This document shows, piece after piece, positions 48,939 through 62,500 of a stretch of 64,000 nt of DNA. Position 1 is the stretch's first letter, and the number at the start of each line of letters is the position of its first letter. The translations under genes were made by a program, and so were the position numbers. The DNA is from Eukaryota sp. TZLM1-RC (lineage: Eukaryota > Protista > Metamonada: BaSk clade). The stretch lies in contig JAUPSS010000002.1 in assembly GCA_040285825.1 (NCBI GenBank), forward strand, positions 1,240,001 to 1,304,000. The letters run 5' to 3'. The notes under the pieces were generated by a model. The model was not told the origin of the DNA, did no database searches, and worked only from the letters and a program-made list of their open reading frames with translations.

Positions 48939-49185
48939 CTAGTTTCTTTGTGGTCTCTGGAACGATTCTGGTCTCGTTCCATAAAAGTTCTCAATAATTG
49001 CAATTTCTAGCTGATTTAGTGATGTAGAAATGTCTGTAGACCAAACTTGATTACATTCCGGACAACTGAAATAGGCATTGTGAACTTTAACCTCACCATC
49101 AACTTCTCGATAGATCTTTTGGTGTTGCATCTTGCAGCAGTTCACCTTCGCAGATGTCAATGTATTCATCTCCGAACTGATTGAA
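48768..49185 (-). mobile_element. Fanzor 3'-end remnant (RuvC-II to C-terminus plus non-coding end)
   Basis: FGDEY(fs)TSAKVNCC..CPECNQVWSTDISTSLNQLEIA..GTRPESFQRP*. Related to 38690-38941. Confidence 0.85.
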
Positions 49186-49749
49186 TTTACTCTTTTCTCA
49201 ACTTTTGTTAGTTGAAGTTTATTTTTGAAAGCTTTGCGACATTTACCATATGGATCTCCAAGAACATCATTGACATTACGATTTCCCATACCTTCACAAA
49301 TGTGCAACTTCGTTATCCTTGTCTAACATCCATTGGATTATTTGCCTTTGTGGTATTGGGTTTATTGTATAGTTCTTAACATTTTCGTCATTGTCGACCT
49401 GCTTTATTCCCATCCAAAAGAAATCAATGGAAGGTACATTCCTCGTTGTTTTTCTAAAGCCATCATTTATAGGCGTTTGATACTCAATGTAATATCCTTA
49501 TTCAAAATTAAAATAATTGGTTAATTTTTAATAATAATAAATAATACAAAAGTAATTGACTTCGGTGGAAAATGAAATTTAATTACACAACTATCATGTT
49601 TACAAGGTGAGTATGTATTAAAGAGTCGGCGATTTGAGTCGAGTAGCAGCAAATGTACAAGAAGTTGATCAGAAAATAGATTTCACAAGAAGCAAAACAT
49701 TTTCTTTGATGATAAGGCATGTGTTTTATTTTTTCTTTTAACTTTTTTT

Positions 49750-51750
49750 GAACTACTAGAAAATGAGTCCTTGTTTAAAGTCCGTAATGGTTGGGAAAAA
49801 TTATTCCATAAGATGAATGATTTTACTGCATGAAACAGCATTACTAAATCTATTTATAATTCTGGTGAAATGCAATGTTAACAAATCAATGTCTGTTCAG
49901 CAACTGTGCATCACGGTTTCAAAAAGTGTCTATTTTGCATTGATTCTTTTTCAGATGGACTTTTCGTTAATGCATTGGTTTTAATCAATTGATTCACACA
50001 CCAAACACAATTTGCGACCATTTCATCTATGAAGATTTACATTTCAATTTTGTGAATAATATATACAAATATTTAGTTTCGTTTTTGCTAGCGCAATTGA
50101 AGCTGTCAAAGAGAATTCTTGATCAAAATTTCATTTAATTACGACAGATGAAGCTAATGCACTTGGTTCGTGTTACTCTTTGACTAATTTTGTTCTCGGG
50201 TTTTACCATTTTCCAATCAATTTCATTGAATTGATTATCTTAATGTATTCAAAACTCTGGTTTCGTTTAGAATTGAATAATGAATACATTTTTGTTAATC
50301 AAAAATGAGGTGTCTTCCAAGAAGACGTGTTGTCTTCTATTTTATTTCTTATTGTTATCAATATCCCACAAACCTCTTTAAATGATCCGAAAATTATTGC
50401 CAGACATGTTATATTATTTCCATCAGGTCCAGGTAAAACGAATATTGCTTTTGCTGATGACATATATTTATTCAGTAGATCAGAATCATCTGTCCTCTTG
50501 CTCTCCCAAAAATTATATACTGGTCTCGAATGGATTAATTGTTTAGTTGCAGATGTGGAAACACTTGGCGCTCTTCGTTATGTAAAAATTGACCACAACA
50601 ACTAATCTGTTCCTAAAAATTAATGGTATCGAACTTCCTATGTTGATAAACAAAGAGAAAAGTTTCAGAGTTTAAGACAAACAACACCCAACACATGCTT
50701 GTAATGCCCTTAGTATTTCCAACTATGTTGTGTCAGATTGAACATATGATAAAATATCTCCAGAATCAACCATTATTACCCACTATGAAAGCCACAATAA
50801 TTGAATTATGTTTTCCACAATTCTTACGTTGGTATTTACAAGTGCTTGAATTACCAATCATATTTATTGAAACTAATATTGCATCGCTGTTGAGTAGAAC
50901 GTTGAAATCAGGGCTAGGTGTCACTAGAACCCCTTCTAAATAAATGGTTTGAATTATCTGTATTAAACCAAATATAAGGGTGGTCTTGGTTTTTCCGATC
51001 TTACCTTATTGTATAAAGAATGTCAAACTCAGAAATACCACAATTTGCAAAATTCTTTTGATCTTGATTTGAGAAATTTATTTGAAATAACGAAACATCG
51101 AAGATCTATTTGCAAACGGAAATTTGGATTGACAAATATCCATATTCGTAAGAAAAATATTTCCAAATTTAAAAATGATGAACTTCTAAGAAAAATCTAC
51201 ATATTCATGGAGTGTAAGGTACAATCATTAATGAACAATGTCATATTTAAGCTCAGAAAATATGAATGTTTATCATCAACGGCTGTCCATGTTGATTGAT
51301 CTACCTACTGCAAGCTTGAAGTTTGCAATTAATTTCTTCCTGAATGTATTACCTACTGCTGATAACCTTTATCGATGGATAATTTGTCTGAAAATGCCTG
51401 ATGGATCTATTGTCTCCCTTGTGCTCATTGTGTCAATCTGGACCTGCTACGTTATGTCACATTTTCTGCAGTTGTCCAAGTTATCAAATCCCCAAAATAC
51501 ACAAGACCTAACTGGATACATAATTCAACTTTAAATAATTTTGTTAACCTCTCACTTCCTTTCCTAGATCATTATGATGTTTACTGCAATTTACCTTATT
51601 ACACAAATCATTATGTTAATTTTGCTTTGGTTGTGGCTGAGTTAAGACCTGATCTAATTCTAACTCAAAAGATACAGATGAGTCAAGAAGGAAGACAGTC
51701 CTGTTTTGTGAGTTAGCATCACCGATAAAACAATATTAAGACAGTAGACT
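49750..51750 (+). mobile_element. Highly degenerate RLE-type non-LTR retrotransposon (not the CRE-like families; NeSL/HERO/R4-like)
   Basis: GVFQ.DVLS.ILF..IN, IAFADD, GGLG, LPTADNLYRW, C..C..HI...C, LRPDLIL and ELASP motifs scattered over frames. Boundaries are approximate. Confidence 0.65.
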
Positions 51751-52475
51751 TACATTTCAAAGTTCGAAATATCAGAGTCTTGAATTGTAATTGTCAAATT
51801 TAGATTTTTTGGTTGAATCATTTCCTTTAGAAGTTTCTGCAAGACAAATATTTGCTGATAGTTGCATTTCTTTGATAATAACACTACTGATTCCAGAGTC
51901 TCAAATGAAAAATCACTGCAAAGAATTAGGATTTCCAACTGTCTAATCCTCATTCTGTAGCTTTTCTGCCAGAATCTCGTATATGGTTGTCTGATGGAGT
52001 TAAATGATAGAAACACACCATGGGAGGTGGCTTAAAAGTGTTGCAAGCTCAGTATTTCACGTTGATTGTTAAAAGGCAAAATTGTTTATTATTAATAAAA
52101 CGTATTTTATATATACAGAAACTCAGTTGTGCTAAAAGTAGACCAGGGATCGTTTGGTAAAAAAGGCATTGGGACAGAAGAAATTCTCCAAACAACAATA
52201 ATCAATCAATCAATCAATCGACCGGTCAAATTCTGATAAACAAGAGAGTTTTTTCTTAAAGCACAAGAGCATTTCAACCAATTAATTCATTAACTTGAAA
52301 CTGAATTTCGTCAAAATCAGGTAACATCAATATCTAGTCTGTTTGCATTAGTCTTTGACTTGAATACTTTACTTGGAATTACTGCATGAATAGTGCCACT
52401 TATACGGTCAACTTAACCATCTTCTACATTGAACGTATGGCAAGAGATAGTGATTCGATAATGAAACGAAAAGTT

Positions 52476-54743
52476 CTAAGAGTCCCAAGCCAATTGTTCA
52501 AAAGCCATCACCTGTGGCTTAATCAAATACACCCTTGGCTGGTCTGCGCAATTTTCCAAATCAAGCAAATCAGCCCTGAACCCGGAACAAAGGGTCAAAT
52601 TCAAGAATTTAAGGGTGGATTTGAACATTAATGAATCTTGCTTTAGTTGAGTGAGACAAGAAATAAGAATACCAACTTTTGGTTCAGTGTTAACAATATT
52701 TGAAGGTAAAACTCCCGTTAAGGACACTGTTTCAAGACCATTACATCTACTCAAATGGCCAATACCTTCAATGACAAGATCGAATGAGCTTGTTATACGA
52801 TCAATAAAAACAGATTTGAGTTTCTTTTGTTGGCTACAGACCCCTAGAAACCGTGGTAAATACTTTCCAAAAGAAATATTTGATAAATTCAATTCTCGCA
52901 AACAATCAGGAAAATTATTCATTAAATTGAAAACTAAAGAGGGGGAACTTAAGCTATCTGAAAGGTTCAAACTGGCCAGGGTTGTGCAAAATGCTAAATT
53001 TTTGAAAAATTCAGCTTCTAGATGAGGACGTTGCCCTGACAAGTTTAAATTTTTGACACATGATCCCTTTAATGCAACAGAAAACCCCGTCCAAATATTA
53101 GAATTTCCACCTATTTTAGAATTACCAATTGATAGAGAAACCAGGGATTGGGGAATGAAAAAGAGATTTCTTAAATGCATGGGCGTTAAACTAAGATAAT
53201 TCAAAGAAATTGAAACAGGATTACCTTTGAAGAGTAATGGAAATATTTGTGGAGTAAGGACATGGCTCAAATTACAGCTAGATAGATCAAAAATACGTGG
53301 TAAATGACGTTTTTCTAACGATTTCACAAAACCATCAATAACTAGACCCGGATTGACAAAGCTACAAGACTTTAACACTAAAATCCTTGGAGAATTCAAA
53401 GCCAAATAGTTCACAAATAAAAGCTCTGAATATTCGTTGAAAACAGAGTATGAAATATCCAAAGAATCAAGCAAAATATTAGATAAAGTAGTTATAAAGC
53501 TTCTGGGAATGGCAATTTCCCTCCTGTAGAGCATTTGGCAACCAACAATCAATTTTGATGGCGTTGAGTGGGTTAAAAACTGTTGAAAGATGTCTAAATT
53601 GATGAAATTTTCTGAAAGATCTAGCATTTGAAATGACAAGTTGAAATTTTCGGTGTTGATCCCCTTTAGCTCACTATTTTTCACTAATTGTATATTACAA
53701 TTATTTAAGACCAACTTTTTAACTCTAGAGTTAGGAATAGAAACTAGTTCCGAAAATCCTAAAAACTTGATATCGTTATGTGATAAAATAAGAGTTTCCA
53801 GAGAATTCAAACTAACTGCAATTGATTGACATAATGATTGAACGGCTGAAACACCTACATTACAGCTCGAGAGGTTTAAAAATTTCAAACTTTGTGACAC
53901 ACCCATATTTTTGACTAAAAACTTGATCCCTTCTTGTCTGAGCTTGTTGTAGGAAAAATTTAAACTTTCTAGTTGAGATTTATTAATTAAAAAGGAAAGA
54001 CCTTCCTTAATTGAATTAGAAAACCTCCGTGGGGTGCATTCGATACCAATTCCTGCAAGAGAAAGGAATGAAAGATTTGATATATTAATATCTGAATTAA
54101 TTAAAAAAGTAGTTATTTTTTCAAAAAATACCAAATTACGAATCCTCAAACTGGTGAATGAGTTATCAAAATCTAAGATAAAGTTCTTTTCAAAAAGAAA
54201 ACATTTACATCCTTGATCAGTTAAGAACTGAATTTTATAATCCAAGAATAATTGCACAAAGTCATTATTTAATGGTATCTGAGAATTAAACTTTGAACAA
54301 GAATCCAGTGGACCAGGGTTAATGTTTCTATGATGTATTAATGAGTCTCCTGGGAACATTCGGTCAAGGGAAGGATATGTAGGGAGGGAAAGCTTAGATG
54401 GAAGAGAGGGAAGATCGAGGAAGGAGAGGAGGGGTGAAGGTAAAGAAAGAAGAAGGGATGAAGATAGCGAACTCAATATGTGAGATCTGGATCCATAAGG
54501 AAGGTTGGACAAAAAATAACAAATAGATGCAGTGTCATGATGGTGTGAGGAGAACGATAATACTGTGAGATAGTGAAGTGGAGGGAAAAGAGATGGAATT
54601 TCTAAATAATCTGCAATGTGATAGATATCAAGAAGTGAAGCAAGGGTGTCATCAACCAAACAATCAGCAAGAGATCTATTGGAAGAAGCAAGATAACGAA
54701 AGATATTCGTGAGTGAGCGTCCAGAAAAGGGAAGATCGATCAT
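52476..54743 (-). CDS. Leucine-rich repeat protein (RNI-like) with a BTB-like N-terminus
   Basis: Repeated LxxLNLSxN/C motifs. N-terminal IDLPFS..L..I..YL..ADYLEIPSL resembles a BTB C-half. The true start may be upstream. Confidence 0.8.
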   Translation of the reverse strand: MIDLPFSGRSLTNIFRYLASSNRSLADCLVDDTLASLLDIYHIADYLEIPSLFPPLHYLTVLSFSSHHHDTASICYFLSNLPYGSRSHILSSLSSSLLLSLPSPLLSFLDLPSLPSKLSLPTYPSLDRMFPGDSLIHHRNINPGPLDSCSKFNSQIPLNNDFVQLFLDYKIQFLTDQGCKCFLFEKNFILDFDNSFTSLRIRNLVFFEKITTFLINSDINISNLSFLSLAGIGIECTPRRFSNSIKEGLSFLINKSQLESLNFSYNKLRQEGIKFLVKNMGVSQSLKFLNLSSCNVGVSAVQSLCQSIAVSLNSLETLILSHNDIKFLGFSELVSIPNSRVKKLVLNNCNIQLVKNSELKGINTENFNLSFQMLDLSENFINLDIFQQFLTHSTPSKLIVGCQMLYRREIAIPRSFITTLSNILLDSLDISYSVFNEYSELLFVNYLALNSPRILVLKSCSFVNPGLVIDGFVKSLEKRHLPRIFDLSSCNLSHVLTPQIFPLLFKGNPVSISLNYLSLTPMHLRNLFFIPQSLVSLSIGNSKIGGNSNIWTGFSVALKGSCVKNLNLSGQRPHLEAEFFKNLAFCTTLASLNLSDSLSSPSLVFNLMNNFPDCLRELNLSNISFGKYLPRFLGVCSQQKKLKSVFIDRITSSFDLVIEGIGHLSRCNGLETVSLTGVLPSNIVNTEPKVGILISCLTQLKQDSLMFKSTLKFLNLTLCSGFRADLLDLENCADQPRVYLIKPQVMAFEQLAWDS

Positions 54744-55049
54744 TGACTATACCAAATAGTGACTGACTGTTATATCGAAGTGAAGACCTTGGTTGACCTA
54801 TGATTCAAAGAGACAGGATATCAAAAATATCACTTTTCAAAAAGTTCATTTAAACAAATTTAGTTATTCGAATGAAAAACCAACAAAAAACTTAAAAGTC
54901 TGTAACTTTTTACGCCAGACCAATCAAAAGGAAGTGATTCGATTTTTTTGGAAAATGTTCGACTTCTTTGGTACATCACTGAATTTGAATTTTATTCCCG
55001 ATGTTTAAATACGTCTGAATGATCAAAATACTTATCCAGAAACAATTGA

Positions 55050-55950
55050 AGCTCTTTTTTAAGTGTTAACCAAAGCTGGTCTAAAGTTAGAAAAAAGAAT
55101 AACTAATATGGAAGAAGAAGCATTTTGGAATGGTTAATTTTCCAAACATTCACGAACCAGAAGGCTATATTGTTTTTTATTAGAAGTTTGCGGCCACTGT
55201 GGTGTTTCTGCTGGTGCTGCTTTTATTACTCAACTTGCACGAAATCTGTTATTGTGGCTAGAAGATGATGTTTGGAAACTCATTTGAAAATGCATTTAGA
55301 TGTATTTGCTTATATTGTTCATTCAGTTTTGAGGTGTGGGTTTGGACAATTTGCTACTTTACACCATACTTTCAATTGCAACACATTTGGAAATTTTCGT
55401 GATATCCTTCACAATCGATTGAGAGGTTCTTTTTGGTCGATGTGCAGTAATTCAGGTTTGAGTTCAGAAACTGAAGTAATGTTGAAGTCACGAATGCCCA
55501 GATGTTGTGACCAATGACACCATCGTTGTTGTTTCTTCGTTTAAAGATAATGTTGATTTATTAATTGATGCCAAGACAGTTGAGCCAACAAATAATACAA
55601 ACTGTTAATATCAAGATGTTGTCAAAATATTAGCTCAAAATGAATTAATCAAATACAATCACTATGATCCTTTAGTACTCAAAATGAACAAATTTCTACA
55701 ATTTAGAAGAAACACTGTGAGATTCAATGGTTTTGCAATTTTTCGAACTGCACGATTAGGATCTGAGGCAACCTTCCTGTTGGATGGATTTAATGATTTC
55801 TTCATTAAAAAAGCCCTTCAACGACCCAATCGAATTGTGTGCAGCCTGTACAAATTTCTTGTTAAAATGGTTGAGGCTGTTGAACTTCCTCTCGCTCAAA
55901 GAGTGTTTCACAATGTAGGTGAAGATTCCTCTCCTTTGACGAAGTAATTA
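55050..55950 (+). mobile_element. Degenerate CRE-like RLE fragment
   Basis: C.....LHHTFNC..F..ILHNRLR, IDAKTV.P and NRIVCSLYK motifs with stops. Confidence 0.6.
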
Positions 55951-56343
55951 GCTGATGTTCAAAGTGTTTTTCCTTCCCTAAAATATAATTATAAAACATT
56001 AGTGAATTTAGACAATCTATACTTACATCAACTAAAAATAATTTGGTCTCCCTCTCCCTTCAAATACATCACCAACCATTTTCTTGATGTCGATACTGGT
56101 GTGTGATTTCCAAAAAAGGGAATGTACCAAAACAAACGCTCAGATGAACAAAGAACCTTTTTAGGGTAGCTAAAAAGGGTGGTCAATGTCAAGGAAAATG
56201 GCATCTAACCACAGAAAACATGCGCCAAAATGTACCTTAGATGAGATGCTAAAAGTAGCTCTTGGTAAATAACTCTTTTAACTCTCGTTTATTAGTTTCG
56301 AATTCGAAATAATAATAATTGTTGTTCATCAACACTTTTCACC

Positions 56344-56913
56344 ATGCGTCTTGAACCTTGTTACTTTTGCTCTTCCACCATATATCCAGGTCATGGTTCT
56401 CAATTTGTCCGCAACGACGGAAAGATTTTCAGGTTTTGCCGTTCCAAATGCCGCCGTCTCTTCAAAATGAAGCGAAATCCCCGAAAGACTGCTTGGACCA
56501 AGGCCCATAGACGGGCTCATGGGAAGGAACTGGTTATGGACTCTACCTTTGAGTTTGAGCGTCAGCGAAATCGTCCTATCAAGTATAATAGGGAACTTAT
56601 GCGACAAACTATTACAGCCATGGAGAAGGTCAATCAAATCAGACTCAAACGTGAACAAGATCTCCACAAACAACGCATGCGCATCGCTGATCAGAAGAAA
56701 GTCCTTGGTCGGGAAAGAGCTCTCAAAAAGGAAGCCGAAAAGGAAGCTCGTCACCAACAAGATCTTGAAAGGTCTCGTGCAAGATTTCAACATGAACACG
56801 ATACTATGGACGTTCTCGACTCCATACAAATTGACACATCAGCTCCACTACCGTCTAGGTCCAATGTCTCTGAGTCTCAACCACAAAAAGTTCTCGAGGA
56901 GATTATGCTTTAG
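56344..56913 (+). CDS. RLP24: Ribosome biogenesis protein RLP24 (L24e family)
   Basis: MR...[28 protein letters not shown]...[33 protein letters not shown]. Confidence 0.96.
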   Translation: MRLEPCYFCSSTIYPGHGSQFVRNDGKIFRFCRSKCRRLFKMKRNPRKTAWTKAHRRAHGKELVMDSTFEFERQRNRPIKYNRELMRQTITAMEKVNQIRLKREQDLHKQRMRIADQKKVLGRERALKKEAEKEARHQQDLERSRARFQHEHDTMDVLDSIQIDTSAPLPSRSNVSESQPQKVLEEIML

Positions 56914-57779
56914 TTTCATTAGTTTTTAGTTTTATTTGTTGTTTTCACTTTAATTTTTTGTTGTAGTAATCTTAGTATACACTTTATTTTTCACTTTTTA
57001 TTACAATTTTTAGTCCATTTAGACGGTTTTGAAGGTAAGTATTTAATGTTCAATTCAACCTCTAAAAAATTCAGCAGTGTTTTCAACTTGACGCTTTTTG
57101 TTTCAGTTGTGTCAAGTATTGAGTTGCAAACTGTGTGTTTGGAACTTGTATCTTGGTAGGATTGGTAGCAGTAAACACAGATAATGTTGATTGTGGATTA
57201 GAGTTGGGTGTTTTTGAATGTGTTTCCAGCCAAAAAAACAACCTGTACTAACCGAAAGCTCAAAGTACCATGAAAAGAAGAGACTTTTATTGGCATTGGA
57301 CTGAATGAAAACAAATAGTATCGAATTTCACTGCTGTTGATCTCTTTGACACATCATGGACTAGTGAATTACTGAAATCAGATTTTCATCTTAGAGAAAC
57401 GGTGGAACATCTCAATTTGAGAAGTATAACAGTTTGATACAGTGTTGAATTTAGGTAGATGTGGTTTAACAATTTTTCAACCATTTGTTATTTCTTATGT
57501 TAGTTTTGAATCAAATTCAAAATATTGTCAAGAATTTTGATAACTTTCAACAAGATCTTAAGCAGAAAAAATAGACTTATATTTGCAGTAATAACTAAAT
57601 AGATTCATAATATTTTAAGAATACTTTATAATAGAAATCTATTGTTCAGCCCAGGCATCGGAAAGAATTAATTAGGATAAGATTTTGCGTTTCCAAAAGT
57701 CAAGAAAAAGAAATAATCTTATTTATTTTGTATTTTCAATGAGAAACGTTTTCACCAACATTTATCTATTCATTTAAAA

Positions 57780-58960
57780 AAATATGAAAACATAAAATAC
57801 ACAACTAAAACTCCACATCCTCAAAAGCTGCATCTCCTACATCAAAACAATTAATTACTAAATATTCAGAAAATTTACCAAAAGAAGGAAGTGAATCAGA
57901 AATTAATTTCACCATTTCTTTTTCAATAGAAGATACAAGCCTGTTTTACCAGTAAACACGATTGAAAATTGGTCCAATTCATTCCTTTACAACTACAACA
58001 AAATCCTCAAGGAAAGCCATAGCAGCCTTTCCTAGAGATCCAAGCAAAGAAAAAACAAATGGACATAAATTACATTGGGCATGAGAATTTTCATTAACTG
58101 AGGAAATGGGTTTCGCATATTTCGCAATTTTATGTTTTTCGCCAGCAAGAAGAGGATTATTTACATCTGAGTTAATGAAATGTTCGTTAGAAGAATTACA
58201 AGGGTAAATGGACATGGCGTCTAAAAAAGTAAAACTACCATTTAAACCGGAAACAACTAGATCACCTCTTGTCAGACCCATAAAAGCTCTGTTGTGACGC
58301 GTACTATCAATATTGGGATCATCAAGAATTAATTTTGATAACAACGGCTCTGAAAAGGAATCTACTCGATATGATTTGCACATTACATAAATTTGGTCCC
58401 TGACATAATTATGCACTTAATTTCTAAATGTAATGAAATGTTTACAGTTCAAAAGATGAGTAAACAAAAGAGGTTTACCACATTTACATGTTAAATGATT
58501 GGGCAAATTGTTTGGCCATAGAAAACAACGAAAACGCGTGTTTAAAAGCCATTCATTGTTTTTTTAACAGAAGTCTATAAACAGAGGGAATTTGCGTTAC
58601 TAAAGCAGCAGCAGAACTATCACAAATGTCCTTTAAAAAATTTCCGAAAGCGGGATTTTGAGTCTTGCCCAAGCCAAATCTTACTTCATAAACCAAGCTT
58701 TCATATAATTTAACCAGCTGGTGCTTTTTCAGGCAAAAACGTAAATTTGGGAGTGATCGGTTGGGAATTTTTTGAACATTTTGAGGAAAACACTGAATCC
58801 AGATATCACTGGGCAAATTATCTAATTCAAATTGAAAGCTGATTTAAATAAAAATTTGATTCACCATGGATCAGATGAACATCATAAGGGAACCTTTGGA
58901 GAAATTCGAAAATATAATTTCTTCCACCTCCGAAAAAAGCTGCATTAAAAAAAACTGCAT
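57780..58960 (-). mobile_element. CRE-like non-LTR 3' fragment (C2-related family)
   Basis: AAFFGGG, IW.QCFPQ, FLWP..CKCG..HLLNC, HNYVRDQ, RGDLVV, K.AKY, PFVFSLLG. Confidence 0.85.
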
Positions 58961-59214
58961 ATCATAAGAAAGCTATATTTTATTTTATCTTATTTCAGAT
59001 AACAGAAAACCAAAGATCAAAAAATAGTCATCTAATACACAATCAACATTCCTTTTAGACAAAAACTGACTGAGTTACGTCTATAACAAGGTCGGGTACG
59101 GGAAATTCCTTGAAACAGTAACCTTAAATTCGATCAAAAAATTCAAAAATTATTGTTGAATTAATATTTTGATTCAAAAGTCTGAAAAAGGGCCAAAAAA
59201 TAGATAAACTTAAA

Positions 59215-59546
59215 AATATAATATAATATAATATAATATAATATAATATAATATAATATAATATAATATAATATAATATAATATAATATAATATAATATA
59301 ATATAATATAATATAATATAATATAATATAATATAATATAATATAATATAATATAATATAATATAATATAATATAATATAATATAATATAATATAATATA
59401 ATATAATATAATATAATATAATATAATATAATATAATATAATATAATATAATATAATATAATATAATATAATATAATATAATATAATATAATATAATATA
59501 ATATAATATAATATTATATAATATAATATAATATAATATAATATTA
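59215..59546. repeat. (ATATA)n pentanucleotide microsatellite, ~66 units
   Basis: Directly visible. It abuts the 3' end of the minus-strand CRE-like element. Confidence 0.98.
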
Positions 59547-62500
59547 TATTTATTGAATTTGCACACTTAATTAAATTAACTCATAACTAATGGGACGACT
59601 ATCATTGAACCAAGATTTCCTCTACAAAATCTTGATCTGCTTGCTGTCTAGCTAAAGCTTCTCTTATTCGATTGAAAAACCGAGGTAATCTATTAATAAT
59701 GGCAAATTGAATCCGTGAACGCCATAAAAAAATAACAAATCTTTTCATTGTTTTTCTTGCACCATTTTTTGGAAGTCATTCAAAAAAGTTTCTGCTTCAA
59801 CTGATAATCTTCTATTTATCGAAAATGGGAAAGCAATAAAAACCAGCTGTGTATTTCTATCGACATTAGCCTCTTCAATATCTTTATCATATTTTCTATG
59901 TTTCTCTTTTGCTTTAAAATCCAGAGCAGCCACAGGATTAAGTTTTTTTCTGTGAACCAAAGTATCATTTGCAACATTACATGAGACAAAGTCAACAATA
60001 GCTTCAGCATTATCAATCCAATCACAGTATACATCACCTCTATCATCAGAACCAAAATTATTCAGAGAAAATGTTTCCTTCAGCAGGGGCTCTTTGATAC
60101 ACGATATTCTTGCAGTTTGTGCCATATAGAAAACAGTGTCTCTAACAGCATCATGTAATGAAGAACGATAAGTTATCAATTTAGAGCAATTCAGAGCATG
60201 GTGCAAAGTGAGTTGAGGTGAATTCGAACAAATACATTTTTCTTTTGATAATAATTGATTAATGGGGATATTCAAATATAATCTCATTTTTGTTACAAAT
60301 GCTTCATTAGTGGCACACAATCAAAATCTTCGTGGTACAATGGTTACAAACAGTGAAGAATCTGATGACTGGTTTTCACAAACACCCTTTTCCAATAACA
60401 AGGAGTGAAGATCTTGATTTAAAATAGCCGAGCTGCAGATATTATTATAAAGATCATTTTCATACATTCCAGTCAATCGTTTCTGTAATGTTCGAAGAGT
60501 GTACTTCAAATTTAAAACATTCTTTTCTGGAATATTGCCATTGAATGATTGGGGAAAGCATCGAACCCATTTTTTTGCATCAATTTTTGAAATTTCTTCA
60601 TTTAATGCAAAAACAGTGTAACTTTGCGTTGTCATCAATAAATCTTCCCAATCTGAAAATCTTTCGGAAAACTCAAAGATTGCATTTCTGCATCCACCAA
60701 CAAAAGCACACGAGGTGAGAATAGAAGCCATCGTCCACCCTAAACTGCCATAATGTGGACTAAGGTAAGCATGATCTGGACTTTGGAACATTTTACATCC
60801 CAGTAATTGAGACAGAACTTTTGCACGTAATTCATTACACTTCTGGGCTAAAGGCCTTGTGATAAAAGGATTTGTAGATCGAAATATATGATTAAAATTG
60901 GAACTAAAACACAGTCTTATAATGGTAAATTTGATGTGTTTTTGTATATGAGATCTTGTGCTCCTTCCATAGCATTAGATTTTTGTCGTTCATTCAATTC
61001 ATTGAGAACAGAATTTTTTGCTGATTTATTGGATGTAGAACCAGGAATGTTGAAAAGTCACTTATTTTCTTCAGCAAATTTGGGGGGTATTGGATTTACT
61101 AAATCTTCAATTTTGTGTCAATCAGCATTCTTGGGTGGTGGCAAAAATTTTATTTATGAATTTTCTCGTAGATTTCCTGATGATTCTCATCTGTTAGTCC
61201 CCAATTGTAGTCCCTATTTGTATGAGTTATCTTGCGAACTTGAAAAATTACCGCCACAAATTTGGACCAAATGTTTTCCTCAATCAATTCAAGAAATTCC
61301 AAACCGATCTCTATTTAATTTACAGTTTTGCTGTAAAAAGCTTCAACAAAATTGTCAAAGATTTTTGAAAGCTTGGATTTTGATGTTAGACTTGGCTTGG
61401 CCAAGAAAAAGAATCCCGCTTTTGCAAATCTTTTACAAGATATGTGTGACAGTACTTCTTCTGCCTTAGTAACAACAATTCCACAAGTTTATGGTACTCT
61501 CTTATCCGATTCTGCTTGGACTCTGAATATGAGATTTCGTTCCTTTATCTGGCCTGATAATTTACCTCATAATTTAATTTGTAAATGTTCTCGAGAAATT
61601 ACAACTACTCATTTGTTAAATTGTAAACATTTTATTACTTTTAGAAGCAAGGTTCATGATGCTGTCAGAGACCAGTTATATTGTATGTGTAAATCTCATA
61701 GAATTGAATCCTTCTTGGAACCTCTGTTGTCAAATCTGTTTGATGCTGAAAATGATTTTCATAAGAATAATAGAGGTGATGTCATATTACCTGGATTAGA
61801 TGGCAGCTTCATTTTATTGGATGTAATGTCTGTTGATCCTTGTAATGCCTCAAATGAAAGGCTTGTTAATTCTGAAATTCATAATCCCCTTTCAAATGCT
61901 GAAAATTTTAAATTCAAAAAAATACAATGAACCTTTGTCCAAATTGGCTAAGTCTACAGCATGCAAAAATACAATTTGTATCCATTTGTATTTTCCCTTT
62001 TGGTTCACTTGCACCAACTGCTTTACGTTTTTTTGGATGATTTTGAAATGATTGTAAAAAGAAGAACTGGCAGAAATTTCAACAGATTGTTTTGGCAAAA
62101 TAGAATTGTGTTTTCTATTTTTAAGGGGATGTTGAAGATGGTTTCTGATGCTTTGCTTTCTCTTGGATCTCACTATGAGAGAGTTGCATCTAGTGTTTTT
62201 GTTTTGGGAGAGATGGATTTTTTAGATGTTGATTTATAGGTTTAGAATAAAATTATATTTAAAAAAAAAAGTTTTTGTATATCTAAATTCATCATTCGGT
62301 CAATTTTGTCAGAAATTGAGTTCAACTTTTCAAACAATTTTTTGGTATTTTCATCATTATTTCCTAAAAACGAACCCAAATGACGAATAGCATCAATTGA
62401 ATATAATTTGGCTTGAATTTCAATACCATCAACTATTGTGGAAACTGGAGAATTCGATAACAAAACACATTTAAGTAAATTAAGTCGGAGATCACTTTTG

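Noticed and set aside
56329-56929. Overlapping alternative-frame and antisense ORFs on RLP24 (and similarly on RPS16, cofilin, IQCH and retroelement genes)
   Set aside because: These are shadow ORFs of real coding sequence with no independent motifs.
59210-59566. 118-aa ILYY-repeat ORF
   Set aside because: It is a translation of the (ATATA)n microsatellite.
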